64,000 nt of DNA from a virus: IMG/VR virus record IMGVR_UViG_3300044844_000428; one strand, written 5' to 3'. The notes below the pieces were generated by a model. That model was not told where the DNA came from and did not search any database. It worked only from the letters and a program-made list of their open reading frames with translations. The translations under genes and the position numbers were made by a program. Within the stretch, counting starts at the first letter, position 1, and every line of letters begins with the position of its first letter. Positions 45,675-56,088 of this stretch are shown here, piece by piece.

Positions 45675-46133
45675 TTAAGCAATTCTAATCAAAGCATTTG
45701 TTGAGTCGTTAGTAGGCATAGTCAATGTGAATGTACCTGCAGTAACGGTTTGAGCACCAAATGTATGAACTGATACAGCATTTTTACCACTAGCAGTATC
45801 GTTATAAAGAAGTACTGCATCAAATGCTGTAGTTAAAGTCACGTTAGAAAATACGATTGATGCTGATGGAGTAAAGAACGCTGTCGTACCTGAAGTTGAT
45901 GGAGCAGTAGCTGTAGTAACTGCAACACCACCAGGAGTATAACCTGTTCCTGATACTTCACCGGTTGATGAATAAGCACCAGTGCCTGCACCGATGTTAG
46001 CAGTAGATAAGTAAAGTGCTGCTTTGAAAGTGTCTTTAGTAGTTGCTGCACGGACAACTGTTGTTCCGAAAGCGTGAATACCGTTTAGAATATCTTGTTT
46101 GAAACTGGTTGCCATTGCCTGAGTATTGGCCAT
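45675..46133 (-). CDS. Conserved phage structural/tail-associated protein
   Basis: TSFK, FKAALY, EVSGTGY..GG, AGTFTL. Confidence 0.7.
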   Translation of the reverse strand: MANTQAMATSFKQDILNGIHAFGTTVVRAATTKDTFKAALYLSTANIGAGTGAYSSTGEVSGTGYTPGGVAVTTATAPSTSGTTAFFTPSASIVFSNVTLTTAFDAVLLYNDTASGKNAVSVHTFGAQTVTAGTFTLTMPTNDSTNALIRIA

Positions 46134-46328
46134 TTAAAATTCTCCTATTACTGTTTCTGTAAATGTAGCTGGTTGTTTAAGTGTTAAATGAACATCACGT
46201 CTTACCAATTCTCCATCAAGATGGTATTCGGTCCAATTTGAAATTTCATTTTCTGTTTCATCTGAACCTTCTGTTTTGATTAACAAAGATTCTTCAAGAT
46301 CACCGTGTGTTGTAAAAATTAAAGCCAT
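46134..46328 (-). CDS. Small acidic hypothetical protein
   Basis: ORF track; late promoter 46371-46378. Confidence 0.7.
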   Translation of the reverse strand: MALIFTTHGDLEESLLIKTEGSDETENEISNWTEYHLDGELVRRDVHLTLKQPATFTETVIGEF

Positions 46329-46362
46329 ATTATTTCCTCATTATTATTTATAAAATATCACA

Positions 46363-46926
46363 CTACAGTATATTTATACTATCTATTGACTCCGAACTTC
46401 CAGCAGGTTCAGATACGACTTCAACGGGAACACTTTCTTGTGTGGTTGATACTGGCGGTAATTCTTGTACAATTTCAGGTTGAACTGATTTATGCTGAGA
46501 TGGCCAAATCACATCAAAAGGAAATCCAGCTTGGGTTGTAATATCTCTTAGTGCTTGTCTATATTCTGCCCAGATTTGTTTATCAACTTGAACGTCAGCA
46601 ACCTGAGTCCAGTCTGTTTCTAGGAGCAACTGGTTACGTTTTGCTCGAACTTCGCTAGCCGCTACTAAGGTATCGGATTCAATATCTTCTTCAGTTTTAT
46701 CAACTACAGCGACAGTAAACACTTGATTGTCTTCGATATAGGGAGCAACAGAAATAAGTTTTTGAGTTGCTTTATCGTGTTGTTTCCAAACTGTTACACC
46801 AAGAGCATTGTTAGCTGCCATAAAATCTGCGTCTGGTCCAGTTGTTGGAAAAGACGTAGCAGGGAATAATTTTTTGTAATGACCGACTTCTATGATTTGG
46901 TCGTCTTGTATAAGTGCGATTTCCAT
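46363..46926 (-). CDS. Tail fibre assembly chaperone
   Basis: R..RN.LL..TDWTQ..D...W..YRQALRDIT.Q.GFP..V.WP. Confidence 0.85.
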   Translation of the reverse strand: MEIALIQDDQIIEVGHYKKLFPATSFPTTGPDADFMAANNALGVTVWKQHDKATQKLISVAPYIEDNQVFTVAVVDKTEEDIESDTLVAASEVRAKRNQLLLETDWTQVADVQVDKQIWAEYRQALRDITTQAGFPFDVIWPSQHKSVQPEIVQELPPVSTTQESVPVEVVSEPAGSSESIDSINIL

Positions 46927-46935
46927 TTATTATCC

Positions 46936-49900
46936 TTATGAGTAAGAGGTTGGTAATGGTGCTGTTGGTGGTGTGAAGTTTTGGGTGTATCTAGCAACAC
47001 CTTTGGTTATACGAAGGTCGTCAGCATACCCATTTAAACTGTTTAGAGTTCCTGGTGGAACTCCTGTTTTGCATGCACCTATAAAAGTAGAATATGCTGA
47101 ATTGCTACCAATTGCGTCAATAGTTCCAGACATTTTAGAAACCCCATTAATATACACAGTAGCAGAAACTCCAGCCGTAATAACTACCGCAAGATGAAAC
47201 CATTGATTAATTGGCAAATTAGATACAGCAGCCGTCAAATAAGTTGATTGCCCTCCACCTCCAAAATAAATATATGTACCATCAGCAAAACACCAAAAAT
47301 TAGACCCACCAGATGTTGAGGAGTTAGTTATATCAGTTTGGCAAAAGAAAGGCGCAGTGCTTCCTGGTCCGCCTGGAGATGCGTTTAGATAAAACCAACC
47401 TTCTAACGTAGAGTTTACGCTATTTAATAGCAAATTTGTGCTATAAGGAACACTCAAATAATCTCCACTACCATCAAAATACATACTACCAGTACCAAAT
47501 TTTTTCTGAGCAGTACTAATCTGAGCATTACCGTAAGCCGTAACAGTCTTAGGACTGCTACTCAAATCCTTGAATACCGTACTACCATTCGTCCCATCAC
47601 CATTCAATAACAACGATACCTGCGGATAGTTATAATCATACACAGTACCCGTAACAATTGGGTCTTCGTAGGTTGGTGGGGTGAAATTAGATGTGTATCT
47701 GGCGTAGCCTTTGGTTATACGAAGGTCGTCTATGTAACCGTTTAAGTATAAACCTGAAGCGTCCCATAATCTTCCAATTAACGCAGTAGTATTATTGGTG
47801 TTGATGATTCCTGATTGTGAAAATCCAGTAGCGTTATCGACAATGCCATTTACATAATGTTTAATTATTCCAGAATTTCTTACTGTAGCTATATGAACCC
47901 ACTGATTGGTTGGAATATTGTTAGTTGTTTTACAGTATGTACCAGCCAGATATAAATTTAGTTTAGGTCCGGATTCAAAGTTCCAAATATAGTTTGTTGC
48001 AGTTTGACCGGAACGGGTATCGAATAATCCTTGTACTGTAGAAACTGTTGCATATACCCATGCTTCTAATGTAAAATCCCCTGTACCAAAATCAAATATT
48101 GAATTACATGGAACACTCAAATAATTACTACCACCAAACGCCATACTACCCGTACCATACTTCTTAGTGGTTGTATTAACAGTAACAGAACCAGTATTAG
48201 TAACAGTCAAGTTATTAGGTGATTCATCTGTAAACGAGGTACTACCATTAGTACCATTACCTCTTAGCAATAACGATGTATCAACACGGTTAACGTCAAA
48301 TGCTGTGCCAGTTGTAGTAGCTAATGCGTAGGTTGGTGGTGTAAAGTTGGTTGTATAACGAGCGATGCCTTTGGTTATACGCAGGTCATCAATGTAGCCA
48401 GTAAATTTTGAACCTGTGGAAGCTAAATTATAATTTATATATCCATCTCCAGCAGAATAACTTGTTGCTATAGTTCCAGATACCACAGAAATACCATTTA
48501 AATATATATTTACTATATTAGCTGTATTTCTACTCACAGCAATATGATTCCAGGTATTTAATGGTAATGTAGTTGTACTATTTAATTGAAAAGTTACTCC
48601 TTGTAGTGCAATAGCTAGATAACCATTTACATCAAGACCAATTTGAACGCCACCAGTTATTCCTAAAAATACAGAATAACTAGGAGCAGCTGAACAATAC
48701 GCCCAAAATTCAATAGTAAATTCATTAGGGAATGCTAGATACGTAGAATTAGATATTGTTAAATAATTACTACCACTGAATGCAATACTACCAGTACCAT
48801 ATTTCTTAGCAGTTGTACTAGTAGTAACAGAATTGCTATTAGTAATAGTCTTAGGACTACTACTCAAATCTGTGAATGTTGTACTACCATTAGTCCCTTC
48901 ACCTGTTAATAACAACGACACGTCAGCGTAATTAGGGTCAAAACCTGTTGAGATATACTGATTGGCAAATGACTGGCTAGGTGGAGTAAAGTTTTGGGTG
49001 TAGCGAGCGTAGCCTTTGGTTATGCGGAGGTCGTCGATGTAACCTAAGTATGGATAATATGTAGTGCCGCCATTATAATGAGCGCCCACATAGGCATAAT
49101 TTAAAGTTCCGATATAATCGCTAGCACCTGCTGCACTACCAACAGAAACTCCATTTTGATATATAGTTATAGTTCCGGAACTTCGTATAATAGCAAAATG
49201 TACCCATTGATTTAACGGAAACGCTGTACTGGAACTTGTGATAACTGAAGAACCAGATTGTACAGCTAATTTATCGGTTCCAACTCCACCGGAACCTCCA
49301 TAAAATACAGGAACGTAGAAATTACTTGTAGAACCTTGTAGCGTAACTATTGCTTGGTCAGTAGAATTATTAATTTTATACATCCAACCTTCAACAGTAA
49401 AATCGCCCGTACCAAAATTTAAATTGCTAGATGGCGATAGATTTACATAATCCCCAGTACCATCAAAGAACATACTACCAGTACCATTCTTCTTAACATC
49501 AGTGCTAAGTTGAACATTACCGTAAGGTGTAAGTGTCAGGTTGTTCTGAGTACGGTCTTGGATTTTAAATGCTGGTAATGCTGCGATAGGTGGTGTAAAA
49601 TTAGCTGTGTATCGAGCTACACCTTTTGTAATTCTTATATCTGATAGTATCATATAAGAATTTGTTGAATACCCTGGGTCTTGATTATTACCAATAGTGA
49701 GCTTTTCTGTGCCAGCATATATTGCACTAATTGTTGTGGTCTTAACTAATGAACCATTTACAAACATACGTAATGTTGTTCCTGATACAGAAACCGCGTA
49801 GTGTGTCCAAGTATTTAGAACCGGTGCAACCCCGCTAAATATGAATACATTCCCGCCTCCACCCCCAGTTGTAGAGTATATAAAGAAGAATCCATTACCC

Positions 49901-51693
49901 ACTGTAATATCACATCCAATATGATATGAAAAATTACCATTTGCCCATTTAGATAAAACAACAGGGTTAGTTGACAAATTTGTAAATTTTGCCCAATATT
50001 CCATTGTGAAATCACCAGTCATATTTAATGCTGTGCTACTAGGTATAGAGAGATACGTAGTACCAGTGCCATTAAATTGTATAGCACTTGTTCTATATTT
50101 TGTGTCAGATGATATTAACGTAGTTGAACCACTCGTTGTTACTACACCATGCTGATTAGACCAATCAATAAAATCGTCACCGGTTAACATCAGTGACACG
50201 TTCTGCCAATACGGGTCGTATGCGTCAGTTGTGTTACCGTCTAGTAATAGCGATACATTGCCCCACCAAGGGTCAGCTGCAATAGTTGGAGGTATTGTTG
50301 GGAATGCTGCAGTTGGTGGTGTAAAGTTAGCTGTGTATCTTGCGTAGCCTTTTGTTATTCTTAGGTCGTCTATGTAGCCTTGGAAATAATTAGCTACTTG
50401 CGTATCTCCAAAATAACCTAAACCAACAGTATTAGCCCACGTTGTTGAGCTACCAAAATCAGTACAACCAGTCTGAGTACCTATTAGTAAACCATCTGCA
50501 TAAGCATACATAGTAGTACCAATTCTAGTAACTGCAATATGTTGCCATGATGTTAATGATGGGGTAAATGAGGTTGTTAACCCAACAGCACCAGAAGAAA
50601 TGGCTGAAATACTAATACCGGCATTAGTAATAATAAACAAGAAATTACCTTGAAGTCCACCTGTCCACCAACCATTACCTTGAACCATAATTGGTTGGAT
50701 AAGCCCGCTACCAGCTCCAGCACCACTACCTGCTGCTCGTGTTGGCCGAATCCAACATTCAATAGTAAAATCAACACCATTAAGTAATGTATTAGAACTA
50801 GCTGGTAACGTACAATAATCCCCACTGCCATCAAAATACATAGCACCAGTTCCATATTTCTTAGTAGCTGTATCGATTCTAGCGTTACCGTAAGTTGTCA
50901 CAGGTAATCTATAAACTGAACTATCTAATATCTCATGCGATGGTAATGCTTGCGTAGGTGGGGTGAAATTGGCTGTGTATCTGGCAATGCCTTTGGTTAT
51001 GCGGAGGTCGTCAAGATATAAGTTAGATTGATATGATGCATTAGTAGGCACATCGAAAATAGTTCCGGTTAAACCTCCAGTACCAATTAAATTATTCGTG
51101 AATGTAGCAGAGTATCCACTAACTCCATTAATAAAGGTTTTAATTGTACCGCTAGCACGACACACTGCAACATGCGTCCAACTATTTAATGATGTAGAAT
51201 TTGATGACGATGGCGATATACTACCGCTATATAACCATAATTTATTACTCGCATCAAATAAGAAAACAATTCCCATTCCGTCTGCGCCAGTTGTACTATC
51301 TCTTGTATCAAATATGGTATGATTTTTTGAAGATAATAGATATACCCAACATTCAATAGTAAAATCTCCAGTTCCAAACGCAAAATTGGAACTATTTGAA
51401 ACTCTCAAATAATCTCCACTACCATCAAAATAATAACTCCCAGTTCCAAATTTCTTATTAATACTTGTTACTGCCGCATTACCATAAGTTGTAACAGTTG
51501 CTTTATTATTAGACTTATCCAGCAAATCATTACCAGTCAACAGCAACGATACATTAGCAAAGTTAGTATCAACATCATTGTCACCATTTAACAGTAATGA
51601 CACCTTATCATAATATGGATCACTAGCACCTACTACTGGATAATAGCCGATACCACCAGTTGCTGCTGCATTTATAATCTTACGATTGCTCAT
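46936..51693 (-). CDS. Receptor-binding/adhesin protein with seven LamG (concanavalin A-like) domains
   Basis: 7 copies of FDG.GDY / DFT.E.W / W.H.A / DDLRITKG.ARYT.NFTPP. Confidence 0.9.
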   Translation of the reverse strand: MSNRKIINAAATGGIGYYPVVGASDPYYDKVSLLLNGDNDVDTNFANVSLLLTGNDLLDKSNNKATVTTYGNAAVTSINKKFGTGSYYFDGSGDYLRVSNSSNFAFGTGDFTIECWVYLLSSKNHTIFDTRDSTTGADGMGIVFLFDASNKLWLYSGSISPSSSNSTSLNSWTHVAVCRASGTIKTFINGVSGYSATFTNNLIGTGGLTGTIFDVPTNASYQSNLYLDDLRITKGIARYTANFTPPTQALPSHEILDSSVYRLPVTTYGNARIDTATKKYGTGAMYFDGSGDYCTLPASSNTLLNGVDFTIECWIRPTRAAGSGAGAGSGLIQPIMVQGNGWWTGGLQGNFLFIITNAGISISAISSGAVGLTTSFTPSLTSWQHIAVTRIGTTMYAYADGLLIGTQTGCTDFGSSTTWANTVGLGYFGDTQVANYFQGYIDDLRITKGYARYTANFTPPTAAFPTIPPTIAADPWWGNVSLLLDGNTTDAYDPYWQNVSLMLTGDDFIDWSNQHGVVTTSGSTTLISSDTKYRTSAIQFNGTGTTYLSIPSSTALNMTGDFTMEYWAKFTNLSTNPVVLSKWANGNFSYHIGCDITVGNGFFFIYSTTGGGGGNVFIFSGVAPVLNTWTHYAVSVSGTTLRMFVNGSLVKTTTISAIYAGTEKLTIGNNQDPGYSTNSYMILSDIRITKGVARYTANFTPPIAALPAFKIQDRTQNNLTLTPYGNVQLSTDVKKNGTGSMFFDGTGDYVNLSPSSNLNFGTGDFTVEGWMYKINNSTDQAIVTLQGSTSNFYVPVFYGGSGGVGTDKLAVQSGSSVITSSSTAFPLNQWVHFAIIRSSGTITIYQNGVSVGSAAGASDYIGTLNYAYVGAHYNGGTTYYPYLGYIDDLRITKGYARYTQNFTPPSQSFANQYISTGFDPNYADVSLLLTGEGTNGSTTFTDLSSSPKTITNSNSVTTSTTAKKYGTGSIAFSGSNYLTISNSTYLAFPNEFTIEFWAYCSAAPSYSVFLGITGGVQIGLDVNGYLAIALQGVTFQLNSTTTLPLNTWNHIAVSRNTANIVNIYLNGISVVSGTIATSYSAGDGYINYNLASTGSKFTGYIDDLRITKGIARYTTNFTPPTYALATTTGTAFDVNRVDTSLLLRGNGTNGSTSFTDESPNNLTVTNTGSVTVNTTTKKYGTGSMAFGGSNYLSVPCNSIFDFGTGDFTLEAWVYATVSTVQGLFDTRSGQTATNYIWNFESGPKLNLYLAGTYCKTTNNIPTNQWVHIATVRNSGIIKHYVNGIVDNATGFSQSGIINTNNTTALIGRLWDASGLYLNGYIDDLRITKGYARYTSNFTPPTYEDPIVTGTVYDYNYPQVSLLLNGDGTNGSTVFKDLSSSPKTVTAYGNAQISTAQKKFGTGSMYFDGSGDYLSVPYSTNLLLNSVNSTLEGWFYLNASPGGPGSTAPFFCQTDITNSSTSGGSNFWCFADGTYIYFGGGGQSTYLTAAVSNLPINQWFHLAVVITAGVSATVYINGVSKMSGTIDAIGSNSAYSTFIGACKTGVPPGTLNSLNGYADDLRITKGVARYTQNFTPPTAPLPTSYS

Positions 51694-52322
51694 TATTTTA
51701 AGTCCTTACCAATCACATATCCAGTCCAAGTTGCGCCAGCGTCATAGGTATAAAAACCAAATGAGTCTCTACCAGAAGATGTTAAACTTGATGGAGCAGT
51801 ACCGCTTACCCATTTAACTGTTGATGTACCGCCAGCGGTTACTGACAATGTCCATGTGATAGTTGCTAAGCCAGCATTAGTTAAGTCTAATATAAATGAA
51901 CCAACTGAACCAGTAGCAGGAATATTACTTACAGTAAATGTAGTTGCACCAGCGGTTAATGTCTTAGTAAAGTATGAACCTAATGACAAATCTATGTTTA
52001 ATGCAGCCATTGCTACTCTGGTTTCATAAGAACCCAATGCGGTAATAGTTTTGTTAGTTAAAGTCTGAGTATCAGTTGTACCAACAAGTGTTCCTGTTGG
52101 AGCAGTGACCGCAGTAAAAGCACCAGACCCATTTCCTTTAAGAATACCGGTTAATGTAGTAGCACCAGAACCGCCTTGTCCTACTGATAATGCTGTAGTT
52201 AAACCCGTTAATGATGTAATATCACTATTAGCACCGGATGCTGCTTGACCAGCTAGAGTATCTGCTGTTTGTAATTCTTGTATAGTTGTTCCATTTAATA
52301 CTAATGGATATCTGGCTGTCAT
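51693..52322 (-). CDS. Tail fibre adaptor protein
   Basis: GANSDITSL, TQTLTNKT, C-terminal KW..G.AP...D.F.F.T.D.G domain. Confidence 0.7.
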   Translation of the reverse strand: MTARYPLVLNGTTIQELQTADTLAGQAASGANSDITSLTGLTTALSVGQGGSGATTLTGILKGNGSGAFTAVTAPTGTLVGTTDTQTLTNKTITALGSYETRVAMAALNIDLSLGSYFTKTLTAGATTFTVSNIPATGSVGSFILDLTNAGLATITWTLSVTAGGTSTVKWVSGTAPSSLTSSGRDSFGFYTYDAGATWTGYVIGKDLK

Positions 52323-53239
52323 TAACTAACTCCTACTGGTATGGATGTCCCTGAACGATTGAGTACGGATAGTATTCCCGACAATACAGTTACACCTATT
52401 AGATTAACTGAACGATTCAATACTTGTAAAGTGGTTGAAATGCTTTGCCAAGTAGCAGTTGTACCATCCGTTTTTAAGTATTTATTTGCGTTGCCTGTCT
52501 GACTTGGTAATGATACTGGGGCAGGAGCAGATGTCCATTCTGTACCGTTGGAAGTCAGTATATAACCAGACGTTCCTGGAGAAGTTAATCCAGTACCACC
52601 AGATGCCACCGGTAAGGCATTAGATAGACTTAATGTTGGAATCGTTACCGAGTAAGCACCGCTGAATGTAAGATTACCACCAAGTGTCCAAGTCTGTGCT
52701 GCTATGTTGGTAATATTACCAGAATTCATATAAAGTGCATAGTTATTTGCACCATTTGCGGCATCAGCATAAAGACCAATATTCATACCACCAGCATGAG
52801 TATCGTTAGCGTAACCTCTTACGCCAATGGCAGAACCTGTATCGCCTGTAGCCGATACATGACCTTCACCAACGACACCACCAGAACGAGTGGCAGCATT
52901 AGTATAGCCTTTACCATAAACACCAACACCATAGATTGAAGTATCAGTAGCATGAGCAGTTCCTTCTGCCACAAGACCAATATTATGTGCTTCGTTCTTT
53001 TGGATTCCAGTAGCAGTATTTGATATTGCTGTTAATGAATTTGGGAATCTAGTAAGGTTAGCGGCGGTTGATGGACCAATCAAAGCAACAGTAAGAATTC
53101 TTGGTGAGTCTAAAGTTGGACCATTAGAAAGAACAAGATTGGTCGTTCCTGTTGATGTTGTTACACCTGTGCCTCCATTGAGTACAGGCAAGGTACCATA
53201 ATTGGTACCTCTTAATGTAGATGATAAACTTTTAGACAT
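52322..53239 (-). CDS. Tail fibre protein
   Basis: GGTG repeats; long block shared with 59374..60837. Confidence 0.75.
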   Translation of the reverse strand: MSKSLSSTLRGTNYGTLPVLNGGTGVTTSTGTTNLVLSNGPTLDSPRILTVALIGPSTAANLTRFPNSLTAISNTATGIQKNEAHNIGLVAEGTAHATDTSIYGVGVYGKGYTNAATRSGGVVGEGHVSATGDTGSAIGVRGYANDTHAGGMNIGLYADAANGANNYALYMNSGNITNIAAQTWTLGGNLTFSGAYSVTIPTLSLSNALPVASGGTGLTSPGTSGYILTSNGTEWTSAPAPVSLPSQTGNANKYLKTDGTTATWQSISTTLQVLNRSVNLIGVTVLSGILSVLNRSGTSIPVGVS

Positions 53240-53282
53240 TCGTTATTTCCTACTTAATTATAGTTTATTATCATATTTATTC

Positions 53283-54386
53283 TTACGAAGTTGGGAATGC
53301 TGCGGTTGGTGGAGTAAAGTTAGCTGTGTATCTGGCGATGCCTTTGGTTATGCGTAGGTCGTCTATGTAGCCCCACCAATCACTATCAAAGCCATTACGC
53401 CCAATAAATACTGTAGATACTCCTCCGTCACTAACACTGGATGTATTATTATAAGTTGTACTGCTTGCTACACCATTTATGTACACTGAAACAGTATTAT
53501 TTCTTTTAACTAACGCTAAGTGATACCAAGTATTAATTAATAATGGTGTTACGGGAGCTGGGATAGGAAAGTCCCATCCGCCTTGAGCCTCAGTCTGTCC
53601 ATTATACTGGGCAAACGCAATTGTAGATGAGTTAGTAATACGAAGATTCCAATTACCATTCATACCTGCAGTATAATATCCACCAGTAGAAACTAATCCT
53701 CGTTGTGCCGCAAAAGATGAGGAGTTAAACCATAATTCAACAGTAAAATCTCCAGTGCCAAAATTAAATGCAGTATTTGCTGATAATGACAGATAATCCC
53801 CACTACCATCAAACAATAACGAAGCCGTACCAAATTTCTTTTGAGTCGTGCTAATCTGAGTAGTTCCATAAGCTGTAATAACTTTAGGGCTACTACTCAA
53901 ATCCGTAAAGGATGTACTACCATTCGTCCCATCACCATTCAACAATAATGATACCGAACTAAAGTATGGGTCAGCCACAATAGTAACACTATTTGATGTT
54001 GCTGAACTATCACTTGTTCCTAGAGCACTTGTAGCAGTCACTGTAAACGTATAACTTGTTCCCGTAGTCAATCCAGAAACAACAATAGGACTACTCGCAC
54101 CTGTAGCAGTTTGTCCGCCTGAACTTGTCACAGTATAACTGGTAATAGCAGAACCGCCATTTTGAACTGGAGGAATAAATGCTACTGATATGGTTGTCGC
54201 ACCTGTTGCAGTTGCTGTTCCAATAGTAGGTGGATTAGGTCTTGTTTGACCTATTGCCCATAATGATGAACTTTTTGCCACAATCTGTTGAGGTAATGGA
54301 AACACTCCATTTGCCCTACCGGTATATGCAGTTCCGCTTGTAGCATTAGCGACACTGCCAATCATTCCGCCTTGATATTTCGACAT
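53283..54386 (-). CDS. FN3 + LamG domain virion protein
   Basis: GGS.IT.Y.V / GL..GT.YTF.V.A FN3 motif, one LamG domain. Confidence 0.88.
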   Translation of the reverse strand: MSKYQGGMIGSVANATSGTAYTGRANGVFPLPQQIVAKSSSLWAIGQTRPNPPTIGTATATGATTISVAFIPPVQNGGSAITSYTVTSSGGQTATGASSPIVVSGLTTGTSYTFTVTATSALGTSDSSATSNSVTIVADPYFSSVSLLLNGDGTNGSTSFTDLSSSPKVITAYGTTQISTTQKKFGTASLLFDGSGDYLSLSANTAFNFGTGDFTVELWFNSSSFAAQRGLVSTGGYYTAGMNGNWNLRITNSSTIAFAQYNGQTEAQGGWDFPIPAPVTPLLINTWYHLALVKRNNTVSVYINGVASSTTYNNTSSVSDGGVSTVFIGRNGFDSDWWGYIDDLRITKGIARYTANFTPPTAAFPTS

Positions 54387-54775
54387 TATGAAATCTCTTC
54401 GTAAGAAACCGTATAATTAATTTTGCTAGCAGTACCTGAAGTAACAATCACAGACACATTTTCCTCAAGATATATTGATTTATCTAACAGAGATAATGCT
54501 GATCCAGCAGGAACTGCCACAGTATAAATTAAAGGGTAAGCTGTACCGCCACTTGGAGCACTACCTTGAGCAACCGCACCATTAGTATAGAGTGAGATTG
54601 TAGCATTGATTGAATTCGTACCATCAACATTACTAGCCATAAGATTGTTTAACTTTATGACTTTACCACTAGATGCTGGATTAGTTAATAAGACAACATT
54701 AGTATTAACTGATGGTGTTAGATAAGTTGTTTTGCCGTATATGTTTGCTACACTGACAATATTAGGTGCTGACAT
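54386..54775 (-). CDS. Conserved tail-associated protein (APNIV.V..I.GKT ... SYEEIS)
   Basis: ORF track. Confidence 0.7.
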   Translation of the reverse strand: MSAPNIVSVANIYGKTTYLTPSVNTNVVLLTNPASSGKVIKLNNLMASNVDGTNSINATISLYTNGAVAQGSAPSGGTAYPLIYTVAVPAGSALSLLDKSIYLEENVSVIVTSGTASKINYTVSYEEIS

Positions 54776-55336
54776 TTAACCCCCAAAGACGATAGACATG
54801 GCAATTGCTTTGCCGGTTGAAAGTACTGCTGTAGCAGGAACTGATGGTGTTTGTAATAATCTCCAATTCGTTGATGCTAAATTATAAACGAATGAGACTG
54901 AAGTGCCATTAATATCCAATATGTACGAGGTAGAATCAGATTCAATAGTTTTACCGGTATTAGGTAAAACCGTAAGATTACTGGTGGCAAATGTACTAGC
55001 CATATCTAAGAACGCAATAGTAGCACCATCAGCAGGACTAGCAGGTAAAGTTACCGAGAATCCACCAGAAGTCGTATCACATCTTACCAAATCATTCGTA
55101 GAAGCAGTATATGCAGAAGTTTTTACAGCAGTTGGAGTTAAACTTGATCCACCACCAGAAATGACAATGTCACCAGATCCTAAAATGCTAGTGTTATTGA
55201 TGGTTTTGATATTGGTACCAGAAACTAGTGTTGCTTGCTTAGTACCTAGTTCGGTATTAAGAGCTGATAGATTATCATCGGCTTCTTGGTTTGTAAGAGG
55301 AGAACCCTTAACATTTCGTAGGGTTAATGATGCCAT
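54776..55336 (-). CDS. Short tail fibre/anchor protein (KGSPLT N-terminus, TGKAIAM.IVFG C-terminus)
   Basis: ORF track; late promoter 55368-55375. Confidence 0.72.
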   Translation of the reverse strand: MASLTLRNVKGSPLTNQEADDNLSALNTELGTKQATLVSGTNIKTINNTSILGSGDIVISGGGSSLTPTAVKTSAYTASTNDLVRCDTTSGGFSVTLPASPADGATIAFLDMASTFATSNLTVLPNTGKTIESDSTSYILDINGTSVSFVYNLASTNWRLLQTPSVPATAVLSTGKAIAMSIVFGG

Positions 55337-55370
55337 TGTTCATATCCTTATAAAGTATCTATAGTACTAT

Positions 55371-56084
55371 TTATAAAGAATTTCTCTTGATGTTCTCGAT
55401 ATAGTTATTCATGAAGTGATTATCAAGCAAATTCAGTTTTCCTTTCTTTATTCCAAACCAGAATCCTTTTACTCGGTCTTTGATTCTTTGCCAACTGTTG
55501 AAAGTTCTTATGTCACCATAGTGGTCAAAGTACATCATTTTGCCATGATGTTTATAAGGAAAGATTGGATTTCGAGTAACAATATCAGTATTATTAACAA
55601 ACCGATAGTGTTCTATGTTAAGACTATTCAAGAATCTAATATAGGTAAGGTTACCAACTCTAGGAGAACCAAAGGTATAAAGTGTTGGATTAGGTACGCC
55701 TTCTGTTCGATGGCATCTTGCAGCCATTAGAGTAGCCATTGCGGCACCTAAGGAATGTCCAGTAAGATAAACTCTACGATTAGGATATTTCTTGAATAGT
55801 TTGACTATATCATCCCAGACATGGTCAACAGATGCTTTGAATCCTTTATGGACTTTACCAATACCAGAACTACTAGGCACAAGTTTGAATCTAATATCAG
55901 CAACTATATCTTGCCATTCGGTAACTTGAGTACCTCGGCAAACTATGATGATAGTGTCTATATTGAATAGGAAATAGGCTTGAGAACCTTTTCTATCAAT
56001 AAGAATACTTTGATAGCCAGGGAAGTCCTGGTTATCGTTATAAGCAAGATTGCTAAATTGTGCTAGTAGTAATGGTGTTGTCAT
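55371..56084 (-). CDS. Class 3 lipase (alpha/beta hydrolase)
   Basis: RGT, VH.GF, GHSLG, YTFGSPRVG, N..DIV..P, C-terminal His. Confidence 0.92.
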   Translation of the reverse strand: MTTPLLLAQFSNLAYNDNQDFPGYQSILIDRKGSQAYFLFNIDTIIIVCRGTQVTEWQDIVADIRFKLVPSSSGIGKVHKGFKASVDHVWDDIVKLFKKYPNRRVYLTGHSLGAAMATLMAARCHRTEGVPNPTLYTFGSPRVGNLTYIRFLNSLNIEHYRFVNNTDIVTRNPIFPYKHHGKMMYFDHYGDIRTFNSWQRIKDRVKGFWFGIKKGKLNLLDNHFMNNYIENIKRNSL

Positions 56085-56088
56085 AGTC

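Noticed and set aside
46936-54386. Diversity-generating retroelement acting on LamG repeats
   Set aside because: No reverse transcriptase in window and repeat differences are not adenine-specific
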